NCBI GenBank assembly: GCA_018240325.1
Contig: JAFEFZ010000192.1
Coordinates: forward strand, 1,611 to 65,610
Reading direction: 5' to 3'
Source: Pseudomonadota bacterium
GTDB taxonomy: Bacteria; Pseudomonadota; Gammaproteobacteria; Burkholderiales; Burkholderiaceae_C
DNA: 64,000 bases
In this document: positions 45,383 through 55,016 of the stretch, one piece after another
Layout: each line of letters opens with the position of its first letter
Position numbering within the stretch: the first letter of the stretch is position 1
Position numbers and translations under genes: made by a program
The notes under the pieces: model-generated
Seen by the model: the letters and a program-made list of their open reading frames with translations, nothing else
Told to the model about the DNA's origin: nothing
Database searches by the model: none

Positions 45383-46675
45383 TCAGAACGAGAACGGGTA
45401 GTTGACGATGACCCGCGCCTGGGTCTGGGTCTGCGGCGAGCCGTCCTGCCGCAGCCACGAATAGCGCAGGGTGGCCACCAGCCCCGCGAGCGGGCCGCCC
45501 GCCGCGACGCGGTAGTCGGCGCGGATGTCGGTCTCGTTGCGGTTGGGCACCGGTGCGCCGGTGCTGGCGTCGACACGGTCGCGCCCTGCGGCGTAGGCTG
45601 CCGAAGCGCTCAGCCCGGGCGCGCCGAAGCCGCCGAAGTCCACGGTGCCGCCGATGCCCCAGGCGCGCTCGCCGGCGCTGTTGAACGGCACCTGTTGCAG
45701 GTTCAGGTACGACGGATGGTCGCCGTACGGGTTCTGCGTGCTGAAGCCGGTGCCGGTGCGGGTGAACGCCAGGAAGCCCCGGGCCGGTCCGTGCACGAGC
45801 TGCGCCTGCGCGCCGGCGCCCCAGGTCGAGAAATCGCCGATCTGCGCGTCGCCGACCGATCGCTGCGGGAAATACTGCGCGCCGAAGGTCAGCCGGGTCT
45901 GCTCGGCCAGTTCCAGCGGCACCAGCGCGTCGGCGTAAAAGGTGTTGTAGACGTCGACGCCGTACTGCAAGTCGGCGCGCAGGCGGCCGCCCTTCGTGAA
46001 GGCCCAGTCCACGCCGGCGAAGGCCAGCCCCTCGCTGCGGCCGGTGCCGCCGGCGGCCTGCGACATCGAGACGAAATCCTGCGATGCACGCTGCTTGATG
46101 CGCGTGATCCAGCCGCCGGTGTACGCCAGGCCGTCGAGCGGCGCGCCGCTCAGCGTGTAGGCCTCGAAGGTGTTGGGCACCATCCGGTTGTCCTGCGGGT
46201 TGATGAACGGCCGGTCGATCAGCTGCCGGTACGCGGTGAAGGTCTGGCCGGCCAGGCGCAGCGCGGCCCAGGCCAGGCCGACGACGTTGATCGGATCCTG
46301 GTCGCCCCGCAGCAGCAGCGTGCCGCTCTTGTCTTGCGGGCCGTACAGCCGCTGCGACGTGTAGCCGACGAGCCCGAGCTGCAGCACCTCGCCCCACCAA
46401 GGGCTGCGCAGCCCCGCCCAGCCGCCGAGCGCCCAGGCCACGCTCGGCACGCCGGTCAGGCTGTCCTGGTCGAACCAGTAGCTGCGCAGCTGCAGCACCG
46501 GCTCGAAGCCGCCGGGCAGCTTGTAGCCGGCCGCCGGCAGATCGCCCGGCGCGATACCCTGCGCGCCGGCGCTGCCGGCCAGCGCGAGCAGCGCGGCGCC
46601 GCAACATGCCAGCCGGGTGCGCTGCGGGCAGCGCCCGCGGGACAGACCCTGTCGTGTGCGTACCGCGTGGTTCAT
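45383..46675 (-). CDS. OprD-family outer-membrane porin
   Basis: Signal peptide, LQLRSYWF, PFINPQDNRMVPNTFEAY, C-terminal RVIVNYPFSF. Confidence 0.82.
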   Translation of the reverse strand: MNHAVRTRQGLSRGRCPQRTRLACCGAALLALAGSAGAQGIAPGDLPAAGYKLPGGFEPVLQLRSYWFDQDSLTGVPSVAWALGGWAGLRSPWWGEVLQLGLVGYTSQRLYGPQDKSGTLLLRGDQDPINVVGLAWAALRLAGQTFTAYRQLIDRPFINPQDNRMVPNTFEAYTLSGAPLDGLAYTGGWITRIKQRASQDFVSMSQAAGGTGRSEGLAFAGVDWAFTKGGRLRADLQYGVDVYNTFYADALVPLELAEQTRLTFGAQYFPQRSVGDAQIGDFSTWGAGAQAQLVHGPARGFLAFTRTGTGFSTQNPYGDHPSYLNLQQVPFNSAGERAWGIGGTVDFGGFGAPGLSASAAYAAGRDRVDASTGAPVPNRNETDIRADYRVAAGGPLAGLVATLRYSWLRQDGSPQTQTQARVIVNYPFSF

Positions 46676-46865
46676 CGGATGCCGTGCCTCCTGCGGCCGG
46701 ATTGTGCCGAAACTGCCCGATGACTCGGGTCGAGATTCGGCGCGGTCATCGCGGCTGCTGCTGCATGGCGCTGCCTGGAGCGCCCGTGCAGCCGCGCCGA
46801 ACGCGTCACGGTTTCCGAGGCGCCGCTATGCTGCGGGGCGCACCACACCCGAAGGAACGCCGCCC

Positions 46866-47693
46866 ATGCAGCCGCACCTGCGCATCGCCCGACCGGTCAG
46901 CGATCCGGCGCAAGCCGAGCGCCAGTATGTCGAGGGGCTCGGCCTGCGCGTGCTCGGCCGCTTCAGCGCCGACGACGGCTGCGACGGCGTGATGCTCGGC
47001 CTCGACGGCGCGGGCTGGCACCTCGAGTTCACGCGCCGCGGCGGCCACGCGCCCGCGCCCGCGCCCGCCGACCTGCTGGTGCTGTGCCTGCCCGATCGCG
47101 CCGACTGGGAGCAGCGTTGCCGCCAGGCCGAGGCAGCGGGCTTCGTGCCGGTCGCGCCGTTCAGCGCCTGGTGGGCGCGCCACGCATGCAGCTTCGTCGA
47201 TGCCGACGGCGGCCGCGTCGTGCTGCAGCATGGCGACTGGCAGGCGCAGGCCGACGCACGGCCGGTGGTCGGCTACGACGCGCTCGAACAGGCGCTGCAC
47301 TGGACCAGCACCTACGGCGACGACCAGCGCGCACTGGTGTCGCGCGCGAGCGGCGAGATCTTTCTCGGCGGCATCTACGGCGCCGAGGGCGACCTGCCGG
47401 CCGATGTCGGCGACCCGGCGTTGTACGTCGCGGTGCCGCACCGGCACGACCTGGATCTGGGCCGCCCGTTGGTGCGGCGCTTCTGCACCGAGCAGTTGCC
47501 GCCGGAACTGGCGGGCCGGGTGGAGGGGCTGTTCCGCCGCGCCGGCGCCTATGCGCGCTTCAAGGAACTGCTGCAGCGCCAGGGCCTGCTCGACGCCTGG
47601 CTCGCCTACGAGGCACGGGCGACCGAGCGCGCGCTGCGCGGCTGGTGCGCGACGGTCGGGCTGGTGCTGGGCCCGCGGCGCGACCCGGGCTGA
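46866..47693 (+). CDS. VOC/glyoxalase (YycE-like) domain fused to a UPF0158-like domain
   Basis: HLRIARPVSD..YVEGLGL..DGVMLG..WHLEFTR..DADGGRVVLQ, then VSRASGEIFL..YVAVPHRHDLDLGRPLVRRF..GAYARFKELL. Confidence 0.82.
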   Translation: MQPHLRIARPVSDPAQAERQYVEGLGLRVLGRFSADDGCDGVMLGLDGAGWHLEFTRRGGHAPAPAPADLLVLCLPDRADWEQRCRQAEAAGFVPVAPFSAWWARHACSFVDADGGRVVLQHGDWQAQADARPVVGYDALEQALHWTSTYGDDQRALVSRASGEIFLGGIYGAEGDLPADVGDPALYVAVPHRHDLDLGRPLVRRFCTEQLPPELAGRVEGLFRRAGAYARFKELLQRQGLLDAWLAYEARATERALRGWCATVGLVLGPRRDPG

Positions 47694-47840
47694 TCCATCG
47701 GCCGGCCGGGGCAGGATGGCCGGCAGGCCGACCGGCGCTGCGCCGCTGCGGCCTGCGCAGCGGTCGCGTGCGCAGCGCGGTTGTCGCGTGACCGGCGCGC
47801 GCTTGACGCGCGCTTGACGGGGTGCTTGACGGGTGCGCCC

Positions 47841-48287
47841 TCAGGCGCCGTCGCGCAGCGCCTGCAGCCGGGCCGCGGCTTCCTTCTTGCCGATGCTGCG
47901 CAGGCCGGCGACTGCCGCCAGCTGGGCCGTGCGCGGCCGCGTCTGCCCGCGCTCCCAGTTGTAGATGCTCTGGCCGGACACGCCCGCCAGCAGGCCGAGG
48001 TCGTGGGCCGACAGCTGCAGCCGCTTGCGCAGCGCGGCCAGCCCCGCGGGCGAGAAGCGCAGGCGCGCGGCCGCGTCCTGCGGATCCTCGGGCGGCGCGG
48101 CGGCGGCCGCGGGCTGCGCGCGGTCCAGCCGGCGCAACTGCTGCTCGAGCGCGTGCGCACGCCGCTTGAGTGCGGCGATCTCGCGGCGGTGTGTGGCCGC
48201 CGCGCGCTTGAGCGCCTGGTTCTCGGTGCGCAGCTCCTTGCGGGCCAGGCGGACGATCTCGTTGCGCAGGGCGATGGCGATGTTCAT
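47841..48287 (-). CDS. Coiled-coil plus XRE/Cro-type HTH DNA-binding protein
   Basis: LRNEIVRLARKE..ALKR coiled coil, then LRKRLQLSAHDLGLLAGVSGQSIYNWERGQTRPR. Confidence 0.88.
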   Translation of the reverse strand: MNIAIALRNEIVRLARKELRTENQALKRAAATHRREIAALKRRAHALEQQLRRLDRAQPAAAAAPPEDPQDAAARLRFSPAGLAALRKRLQLSAHDLGLLAGVSGQSIYNWERGQTRPRTAQLAAVAGLRSIGKKEAAARLQALRDGA

Positions 48288-48340
48288 CGTGGCATTTTGC
48301 CGTGCGGCGCCAGCACCTGCGGAGCCGCCGCCGGGCGGCC

Positions 48341-48739
48341 TCAGGGCCTGCGCTCGATCAGCTCGATCTTGTAGCCGTCGGGGTCGGTGATGAAGGCGAT
48401 CACGGTCGTGCCGCCCTTGACCGGCCCGGCCTCGCGCGTGATCGCGCCGCCCAGCGCCGCGGCCTTGGCGCGCACCGCGTCGCAGGCGGCGGCGGCGTCG
48501 GGCACGCCGATCGCGATGTGGCCGAAGCCGGTGCCGAGCTCGTAGCGCTCGACGCCGTAGTTGTAGGTCAGCTCGATCTCGGCGTGCTCGGGGTTGGCGC
48601 CGTAGCCGACGAAGGCCAGGTCGTACTGCTGCTCGGGCCGCTGGGTCGTGCGCAGCAGCCGCATGCCCAGCACCTGGGTGTAGAAATCGATCGAGCGCTG
48701 CAGGTTGCCGACGCGCAGCATGGTGTGCAGGAGGTTCAT
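48341..48739 (-). CDS. gloA: Lactoylglutathione lyase (glyoxalase I)
   Basis: [48 protein letters not shown]. Confidence 0.96.
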   Translation of the reverse strand: MNLLHTMLRVGNLQRSIDFYTQVLGMRLLRTTQRPEQQYDLAFVGYGANPEHAEIELTYNYGVERYELGTGFGHIAIGVPDAAAACDAVRAKAAALGGAITREAGPVKGGTTVIAFITDPDGYKIELIERRP

Positions 48740-48855
48740 CGTCCCTTTCTCCGGGCCGGGGGGGCGGCCGCCTTGCCGGCATTGTGGCGGCTGCGGCCCG
48801 CCGGGCGCGCATGGGATCATCGCGGCCTTCGCACAGACGACATGGGGCGCCGTCG

Positions 48856-49821
48856 ATGCTGATCAACTGCGTGGCCTACGAGGACGGGCGCAAGCTCGCC
48901 GACATCCCGATCGAGACCATCGACCAGTGGCTGCTGCGGCCCGGCTGCTTCGTGTGGGTCGCGCTGGCCGACGCCACCGACGCCGAGCTGCGCGAGATGC
49001 AGCGCGAGTTCGATCTGCACGAGCTGGCGGTCGAGGACGCGCGCCACGGCCACCAGCGGCCGAAGATCGAGGAATACGGCGCGACGCTGTTCGTGGTGAT
49101 GAAACTGCCCGAGCTGGCGGCTGGCGAGCTCGAGTTCGGCGAGATCGCGATCTTCGTCGGCGCCAACTTCGTGCTGTCGGTACGCAACCGCAGCGCGCAC
49201 GGCTTCCTCGGCGTGCGCGAGCGCTGCGAGCGCGAGCCCGAGCACCTGCGCCAGGGCGCGGGCTTCGTGCTGTATGCGCTGATGGACGCGGTGGTGGACC
49301 GCTACTTCCCGGTGATCGACGCGCTCGAGACCGAGCTCGAGGCGATCGAGGACACGATCTTCGACCGCGGCGCCGCGCACCGCAACATCCAGCGGCTGTA
49401 CGCGCTCAAGCAGCGCGCCACCGACATGCGCCACGTGGTGGCGCCGCTGGTCGAGGTGGCCGGCAAGCTGCACGGCGGCCGCGTGCCGGCGGTGTGCGTG
49501 AACACGCAGGAATACTTCCGCGACGTGCACGACCACCTGGCGCGCATCAACAGCGCGATCGACGCGATGCGCGAGACGATCGGCACCGCGATCCAGGTCA
49601 ACCTGTCGATGGTCACGATCGAGGAATCGGAGACCACCAAGCGCCTGGCCGCGTGGGCGGCGATCTTCGCGGTGTCGACCGCGATGGCCGGCATCTGGGG
49701 CATGAACTTCGAACACATGCCCGAGCTGAAATGGGCCTTCGGCTATCCGCTGGCGCTCGCGCTGATCGCCGCCGCCGCGGGCCTGCTGTACTGGCGCTTC
49801 CGCCGCGTCGGCTGGCTGTAG
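48856..49821 (+). CDS. corA: CorA-family divalent cation transporter
   Basis: [26 protein letters not shown] signature, MPELKW. Confidence 0.93.
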   Translation: MLINCVAYEDGRKLADIPIETIDQWLLRPGCFVWVALADATDAELREMQREFDLHELAVEDARHGHQRPKIEEYGATLFVVMKLPELAAGELEFGEIAIFVGANFVLSVRNRSAHGFLGVRERCEREPEHLRQGAGFVLYALMDAVVDRYFPVIDALETELEAIEDTIFDRGAAHRNIQRLYALKQRATDMRHVVAPLVEVAGKLHGGRVPAVCVNTQEYFRDVHDHLARINSAIDAMRETIGTAIQVNLSMVTIEESETTKRLAAWAAIFAVSTAMAGIWGMNFEHMPELKWAFGYPLALALIAAAAGLLYWRFRRVGWL

Positions 49822-49926
49822 GCGGCGCCGCCGCGATTCGTCCTGCCTGGCCGGCCGTGGCCCGGGCGGCGCGCGGGCCAGCATCCGCGCGGGCAGCACC
49901 CGGGCAGTAGCGTCCAGGCAGGACGC

Positions 49927-50865
49927 TCAGCGCGCGGTTTCGAGGAAGTCGCGCAGGTCGCCGAGGCGGTGGCTCCAGAACACCGCCATCGGCGTGTCCT
50001 GTGCTTCGGCGAGGTAACCGGCCTTGAACACGCCCTGCAATGCCACCGCGGCCACGACTTGCGAGCCGAAGCGCGCGTTCCAGGCGCGGGCGTTCTGTGC
50101 GGCTTCCTTGTTCAGCCGCTTGCGGCTGTTGATCTCGCTGTTCGAGCCCTTGCACTCGATCGCCAGCAGGCGGTGATCGTCCAGGCGCACCACGACATCG
50201 GCGTTGTCGGCGCCGAGGTTGATCTGGGTGGCGAAAGTCCGCGGCGGCGGCGAGTCGGTCAGCAGCGTCTGCACGCCGCGCGCCGGCCTTTGCGTCCAGG
50301 GCTGCCAGCCCATGCCGACGAGCATGCCGCGCACCGCGCCTTCGACCGCTGCCTTCTCGTCGCCGCGCCTGAGCGTCTGCACGCGCTGGGACGCCATCAA
50401 CGCGGCCGTCGCCAGCACGGCGGCGTCGCGTTCGGCTGGCGACGGCGCACGCCCTTCGGCAATCCACGGAAAGCGCCGCGGGTCGACGATCTGCCGGATC
50501 ACGCCGAGCAGCTTGTCGGCCCTGGCTGCGTCGAGGCCGGCGGTGCCCATGCCGGTTTCGGCCAGGGTTTCGAGGTCGTCCTTGGAGATCGGCGGTGCGC
50601 CCAGGTAGCGAAAGGCCGTCCTGCCGGCTTCGGACGGCCACAATGCAGCCAGCAGTTCCGTGCCCGGCGGGCCGCCGGCGAGTACCGCGTCGAGCCCCGC
50701 GACCAGCGGCGCGAGCGCGGGCGCCGCTTGGTCGAACTCGTCGAGATAGCGTGCCAGCGGCTCGCCCAGCCTTCGCGATCGGAACTCGCTGCGGCTCGCC
50801 GCCGCGTCGCGCACGAGCTCCTCGATCGTCCATCGCCGTGCGCCGGCGGGCCAGGCCGCGCTCAC
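49927..50865 (-). CDS. XamI-family type II restriction endonuclease
   Basis: WTIEEL..FRSRRLGEPL, APPISKDDLETL, DPRRFPW, PD-(D/E)xK core ADVVV..AIECKGSNSEINSRKRLNKEA. GTG start at 50865 inferred. Confidence 0.82.
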   Translation of the reverse strand: MSAAWPAGARRWTIEELVRDAAASRSEFRSRRLGEPLARYLDEFDQAAPALAPLVAGLDAVLAGGPPGTELLAALWPSEAGRTAFRYLGAPPISKDDLETLAETGMGTAGLDAARADKLLGVIRQIVDPRRFPWIAEGRAPSPAERDAAVLATAALMASQRVQTLRRGDEKAAVEGAVRGMLVGMGWQPWTQRPARGVQTLLTDSPPPRTFATQINLGADNADVVVRLDDHRLLAIECKGSNSEINSRKRLNKEAAQNARAWNARFGSQVVAAVALQGVFKAGYLAEAQDTPMAVFWSHRLGDLRDFLETAR

Positions 50866-50987
50866 TGAACTGCCCTGCGCACTGCGCGCTCCGGGATGAG
50901 CATTTGGGAGCGGCCCGGCGCGCTCATTGGGACACCTCCGGGCTGAGCCCTGCGGTATTCGCCCTTGGGGCGGCCCGGCGCGCTCAT
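50857..50987 (-). repeat. Two tandem REP-like units (60 and 62 bp), each starting ATGAGCGCGCCGGGCCGC
   Basis: The 18-nt heads are identical. The octamer TGAGCGCG occurs three times (plus-strand 50857-64, 50919-26, 50979-86). Confidence 0.85.
50862..50987 (-). CDS. Repeat-encoded 41-aa ORF bridging the MTase stop and the REase start
   Basis: MSAPGRPKGEYRRAQPGGVPMSAPGRSQMLIPERAVRRAVQ*. The ATG overlaps the MTase TGA and its TGA overlaps the REase GTG. Translation is not demonstrated. Confidence 0.45.
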   Translation of the reverse strand: MSAPGRPKGEYRRAQPGGVPMSAPGRSQMLIPERAVRRAVQ

Positions 50988-52504
50988 GCCACGCCGGACC
51001 ACGCCGTGTCCGGCAGGCGCAGCCGGGCGACGTCGCCGGGCTCGAACTTGGCGAGCCCGCCGCCGTAGACACGGCCGCTGTAGATGCCGGTCTGCCGGTT
51101 CAGGTGGTCCAGGATCCGGCGCAGCGCGGCCGTCCCGAGGGGCAGGCGCGGATACAGGCCATGCGCGATGTTCAGGTAGCTGACGCGCTGCGGATTCGGC
51201 CGGAATACCGGCGGGCGGCGCCCCATGTAGCTGACGAAGGCCGCCGGCGGTTCGCGCATGCCCACCGCATACCAGGCCTTGCGCTGGCGGGCCACGTAGC
51301 TGCGGTCCGCGCCCAGCCGCCGCGCGTGCGCGACCCACTCGTCGGCGGCCGCACGCTGCTCGTGTGCGAGCCCTTCGAGGTCCACCGGCAGGTCGATCAC
51401 CTGGCGCAGGCGCGCTCGCGCGTCGGCTTCGAGCACCGTGCCGTCGATGATCTCGCGCGCGCGGGTGACCGCCGGCACGCCCAGCGCGTGCAGCGCTGCG
51501 GGTGCGTCGGCCGGCAGGATCCAGGCCTCGTTCATGCCCGTGACCTGCCCGCGCGTCACGCGGAACAGTTCGCCGAGCTCGATTCCGCTCGCGGGCGCGC
51601 CCATCCCGGGCTGGCACAGCGCCGACCAGCGCGGCGCGGCACGCAACTCGGCGCGCGCGAGTTCGCGGGTCGGTGCGAAGCCGCGCGCCACGATGCGCCC
51701 GAGGCCGACCCGGTCGTCCGGGACGCCGCCGCATTCCACGACGACCGCCGACACCAGCGCATCGGGGAACACGGGCTCGTCGGCGGCGGCAAGCCACAGC
51801 CGGCGCAGGCCGTGCGCGCCGTCGGCCGTCCACAAGTGGCGCAGCGCCGATCCGTAGCCGTTGTCCAGCCACTCGGCCGCAGTGACGATGCACAGCACAT
51901 CGCCCGGCCGCATCAGCTGGCGGCTGCGAAGCATGAAGTGGGCGTGCAGCCCGGCCAGTTGCGACGCGGCGATGCCCAGCGCCGCCATGCCCTGGCCGTA
52001 CCAGCGCTTCCAGTCTTCGGCGATGTCGTGGTGGCGCACGTAGGGTGGGTTGCCGACGAACAGGGTGCGGCCGCGCAGCGGCAGCGACAGCGCCCGATAG
52101 TCGCCGGTGAGAACCTCGACGCGCTGCGCCAGTCCCAGCCGATGCAGCTTCGCGCGCAACCCCGCGGCGAGCACCTCGTTGGCCTCGACCGCCAGCACCT
52201 GCGCGCGCGGGAACCGGGCGGCCGCAGCCAGGCTGAAGCGGCCGCTGCCGGCGCCGGCATCGACCACGGTGTCGAATTCGCCGAGAGCCGCCGCACGCTG
52301 CAGCATGCGCTCCACCAGCCAGGGCGGCGTGAACGTGACGCCCTGTGCGCGCCGCGCTTGCGCCGTGGTCGCCAGCGTGAAGGCCTCGGCCTCGGGATCC
52401 GGCTCGTGTACCGGGCCGCCGCGATCGAACAGCTCGGACTGCAATTGCGACAAACAACCTCCGTTGCGGCCGGCGTTGCGCGCGATCACGGTCTCGCGCG
52501 GCAT
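50984..52504 (-). CDS. N6-adenine DNA methyltransferase (XamI/Eco57I-type)
   Basis: Motif I VVDAGAGSGRF, motif IV VGNPPYVRH, C-terminal YGGGLAKFEPG. Start position is uncertain. Confidence 0.9.
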   Translation of the reverse strand: MPRETVIARNAGRNGGCLSQLQSELFDRGGPVHEPDPEAEAFTLATTAQARRAQGVTFTPPWLVERMLQRAAALGEFDTVVDAGAGSGRFSLAAAARFPRAQVLAVEANEVLAAGLRAKLHRLGLAQRVEVLTGDYRALSLPLRGRTLFVGNPPYVRHHDIAEDWKRWYGQGMAALGIAASQLAGLHAHFMLRSRQLMRPGDVLCIVTAAEWLDNGYGSALRHLWTADGAHGLRRLWLAAADEPVFPDALVSAVVVECGGVPDDRVGLGRIVARGFAPTRELARAELRAAPRWSALCQPGMGAPASGIELGELFRVTRGQVTGMNEAWILPADAPAALHALGVPAVTRAREIIDGTVLEADARARLRQVIDLPVDLEGLAHEQRAAADEWVAHARRLGADRSYVARQRKAWYAVGMREPPAAFVSYMGRRPPVFRPNPQRVSYLNIAHGLYPRLPLGTAALRRILDHLNRQTGIYSGRVYGGGLAKFEPGDVARLRLPDTAWSGVA

Positions 52505-52611
52505 CTTCGGCGGCCTTGCCGCCGGGAATTCTAGGTGCGCGCTGTAGGCCGGTCGGCCCAGTGCGCACAATCGAAGCGTCGCCACTGCGGCTCTGCGAGC
52601 CCCCGACCGCC

Positions 52612-53316
52612 ATGATCGACCTGTCGCGCTTCCCGATCACCGCCAAGTGGCCGCCGCGCCATCCCGAGCGGCTGCAGCTGTACTCGCTGCCCACGCCCAA
52701 CGGCGTGAAGGTGTCGATCATGCTCGAGGAGATCGGCCTGCCCTACGAGCCGCACCGCATCAGCTTCGACCGGCAGGACCAGCAGTCGGACGCGTTCCGA
52801 TCGCTCAACCCCAACGGCAAGATCCCGGCGATCCTCGACCCCGACGGGCCGGGCGGGCAGCCGCTGGCGCTGTTCGAGTCGGGCGCGATCCTGCTGTACC
52901 TGGCCGACAAGACGGGGCGGCTGGTCCCGGCCGACCCGGCCGCGCGCTGGCACGCGCTGCAGTGGCTGATGTTCCAGATGGGCGGGGTCGGGCCGATGTT
53001 CGGCCAGGTCGGCTTCTTCAACAAGTTCGCCGGCAAGGATTACGACGACAAGCGCCCGCGCGACCGCTACGTGGCCGAGGCGCGGCGCCTGCTCGGCGTG
53101 ATCGACCGGCAGCTCGAAGGCCGCATCTGGATGCTGGGCGACGACTATTCGATCGTCGACATCGCGATCTTCCCGTGGGTGCGCAACCTGGTCGGCTTCT
53201 ACGAAGCGGGCGCTCTGGTCGGCTTCGAGCAGTTCGCGCAGGTGCGGCGCGCGCTCGACGCCTTCGTCGCACGCCCGGCGGTGGTGCGCGGGCTGGCGAT
53301 CCCGGCGCCGGATTGA
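52612..53316 (+). CDS. Glutathione S-transferase family (YfcG/YghU-like)
   Basis: LQLYSLPTPNGVKVSIMLEE, NPNGKIPAI, FESGAILLYLA, YSIVDIAIFPW. Confidence 0.93.
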   Translation: MIDLSRFPITAKWPPRHPERLQLYSLPTPNGVKVSIMLEEIGLPYEPHRISFDRQDQQSDAFRSLNPNGKIPAILDPDGPGGQPLALFESGAILLYLADKTGRLVPADPAARWHALQWLMFQMGGVGPMFGQVGFFNKFAGKDYDDKRPRDRYVAEARRLLGVIDRQLEGRIWMLGDDYSIVDIAIFPWVRNLVGFYEAGALVGFEQFAQVRRALDAFVARPAVVRGLAIPAPD

Positions 53317-53361
53317 CGCGCCGATGCCGCGGCGCTGATCCGGCCGCAAGCCGCGCCGGCT

Positions 53362-53931
53362 TCAGCCGCCCGCGCCGAGCAGCACGAGCGCGCCGAGCAG
53401 CGCGAACACCGCCGCCGCGGCGCGGTGCACCCATTGCACCGGCACCCAGTTGACGATGCGCTCGCCCAGCAGCACCGCCGGCACGTTGGCGATCATCATG
53501 CCCAGCGTGGTGCCGGCGGTGACCACCACCAGCGACTCGTACCGCGCCGCCAGCATCACGGTGGCGATCTGCGTCTTGTCGCCCATCTCGGCGAGGAAGA
53601 AGGCGACGGTGGTGACGCCGAACACGCCGAAACGGCTGGTGTTGCCGCTGTCCAGCCCGTCGGCCTTGTCGGGCACCAGCATCCACGCGGCCACCGCCAG
53701 GAACGAGCCGCCCAGCACCCAGCGCATCCACTGCGGGTCGACCACGCGCGCGAGCCAGGCGCCGAGCAGGCTCGCGCCGGCGTGGTTGGCCAGCGTCGCC
53801 ACCAGGATGCCGAGGATGATCGGCCGCGGCTGGCGAAAGCGCGCGGCCAGCAGCAGCGCGAGCAGCTGGGTCTTGTCGCCGATCTCGCCGAGCGCGACGA
53901 CGGCGGTGGAGACCAGGAAGGCTTCGAGCAT
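53362..53931 (-). CDS. TMEM165/GDT1 (UPF0016) Mn/Ca transporter
   Basis: Two ExGDKTQ motifs (LGEIGDKTQ and AEMGDKTQ). Confidence 0.95.
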   Translation of the reverse strand: MLEAFLVSTAVVALGEIGDKTQLLALLLAARFRQPRPIILGILVATLANHAGASLLGAWLARVVDPQWMRWVLGGSFLAVAAWMLVPDKADGLDSGNTSRFGVFGVTTVAFFLAEMGDKTQIATVMLAARYESLVVVTAGTTLGMMIANVPAVLLGERIVNWVPVQWVHRAAAAVFALLGALVLLGAGG

Positions 53932-54022
53932 CAGCGGATCGGCGGTGCTGTGCGGCGCGAAGCCCTGCGGCCGCTGCCGCGCTGCCCGCGGCCGGCCGGC
54001 CCGAAGCGCCCCATGCGCGCGC

Positions 54023-54982
54023 TCATCCCGGCTGGCGGCCGACCCAGATGCCCAGACCCTGCGCGTTCAGGTCCAGGTCCAGCTGCAGCAGCGACGCGAT
54101 CGCGCTGTCGTCCATGGTGCAGCCGTGCGCGCGCAGCCGGCGCAGGTACATCGCCAGCAGCCGCTCGCGCAGCCGGGCGTCGCGGTCGGGGAGGTTGCGG
54201 CTCTCGAGGCCGAAGGCCTCCATCTCGTGCAGCTGGTCGCTCAGCTCGGCGCCCATGCGCGCAGGCTCGCCGATGCGGCCGAAATGGGTCAGGTACATCC
54301 ACTGCGGCGTGCGCGCGAGCAGCCGCGCCACCGATTCGCGCAGCCGCGGCGGGTCGAACTGCACCGGCGTGGAGCTGGCGCTGATCCACGGCCCGCGCGC
54401 GGTGTCGAACTCGCGGTAGCTCAGGCCGAAGGTGTCGCCGGTGAACCAGCCGCGGCTCGCCTCGTCCCACACGCAGTGGTGGTGCAGCGCATGCCCGGGT
54501 GTGTCGGCGAATTCGAGCCGGCGGCGGCCGAGCGCGACGCTCATGCCGTCGTGCGTGGTCTGCACGCGCGCCGCATCCACCGGCACCAGCGTGCCGTAGT
54601 CGCGCGCCATCGCTTCGGGCCCGTAGATCGACAGCGCGCTGGCCTCCAGCACGCTCGGGTCGACCATGTGCCGCTGGCCGCGCGGGTGCACCAGCATCGT
54701 CGCTTCGGGCAGCGCCTGCATCAGGCTGCCGGCGCCGCCCGCGTGGTCCAGGTGCACGTGGGTGGGGATCACCCAGCGCACCGCCGAACGCGGCAGGCCG
54801 AGCGCCTCGAGCGCAGCAAGGTGCCGGGGCACCGCGTAGTTGGTGCCGGTGTCGATGAAGGCGGCCTGGCCGTCGTCGACCATCAGGTAGGCGGCGTCGA
54901 AGCGGTCGCGGTGGAAGGCGGTGTCGATGCACCAGATGCCGCTGCCCAGCGGCTGGACGAATTCGGGCAATGACGTGTTCAT
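54023..54982 (-). CDS. MBL-fold metallo-hydrolase
   Basis: THVHLDHAGG, TPGHALHH, FTGDTFG, LTHFG. Confidence 0.93.
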   Translation of the reverse strand: MNTSLPEFVQPLGSGIWCIDTAFHRDRFDAAYLMVDDGQAAFIDTGTNYAVPRHLAALEALGLPRSAVRWVIPTHVHLDHAGGAGSLMQALPEATMLVHPRGQRHMVDPSVLEASALSIYGPEAMARDYGTLVPVDAARVQTTHDGMSVALGRRRLEFADTPGHALHHHCVWDEASRGWFTGDTFGLSYREFDTARGPWISASSTPVQFDPPRLRESVARLLARTPQWMYLTHFGRIGEPARMGAELSDQLHEMEAFGLESRNLPDRDARLRERLLAMYLRRLRAHGCTMDDSAIASLLQLDLDLNAQGLGIWVGRQPG

Positions 54983-55016
54983 CTCGGTTGCTCCTGCGCG
55001 CCTGCGCGCCATTCAC

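Noticed and set aside
41935-45576. 1213-aa minus and 1128-aa plus ORFs over fabI-DUF3141
   Set aside because: These are shadow frames of real genes.
47841-48287. XRE protein as the controller (C protein) of the R-M system
   Set aside because: It is separated from the R-M genes by gloA and corA and lies downstream of them. It also has a coiled-coil N-terminus unlike C proteins.
53932-54022. yybP-ykoY Mn riboswitch expected upstream of the GDT1 gene
   Set aside because: The conserved GGGGAGUAG and CAAGACC elements are not present in the 90-bp gap.
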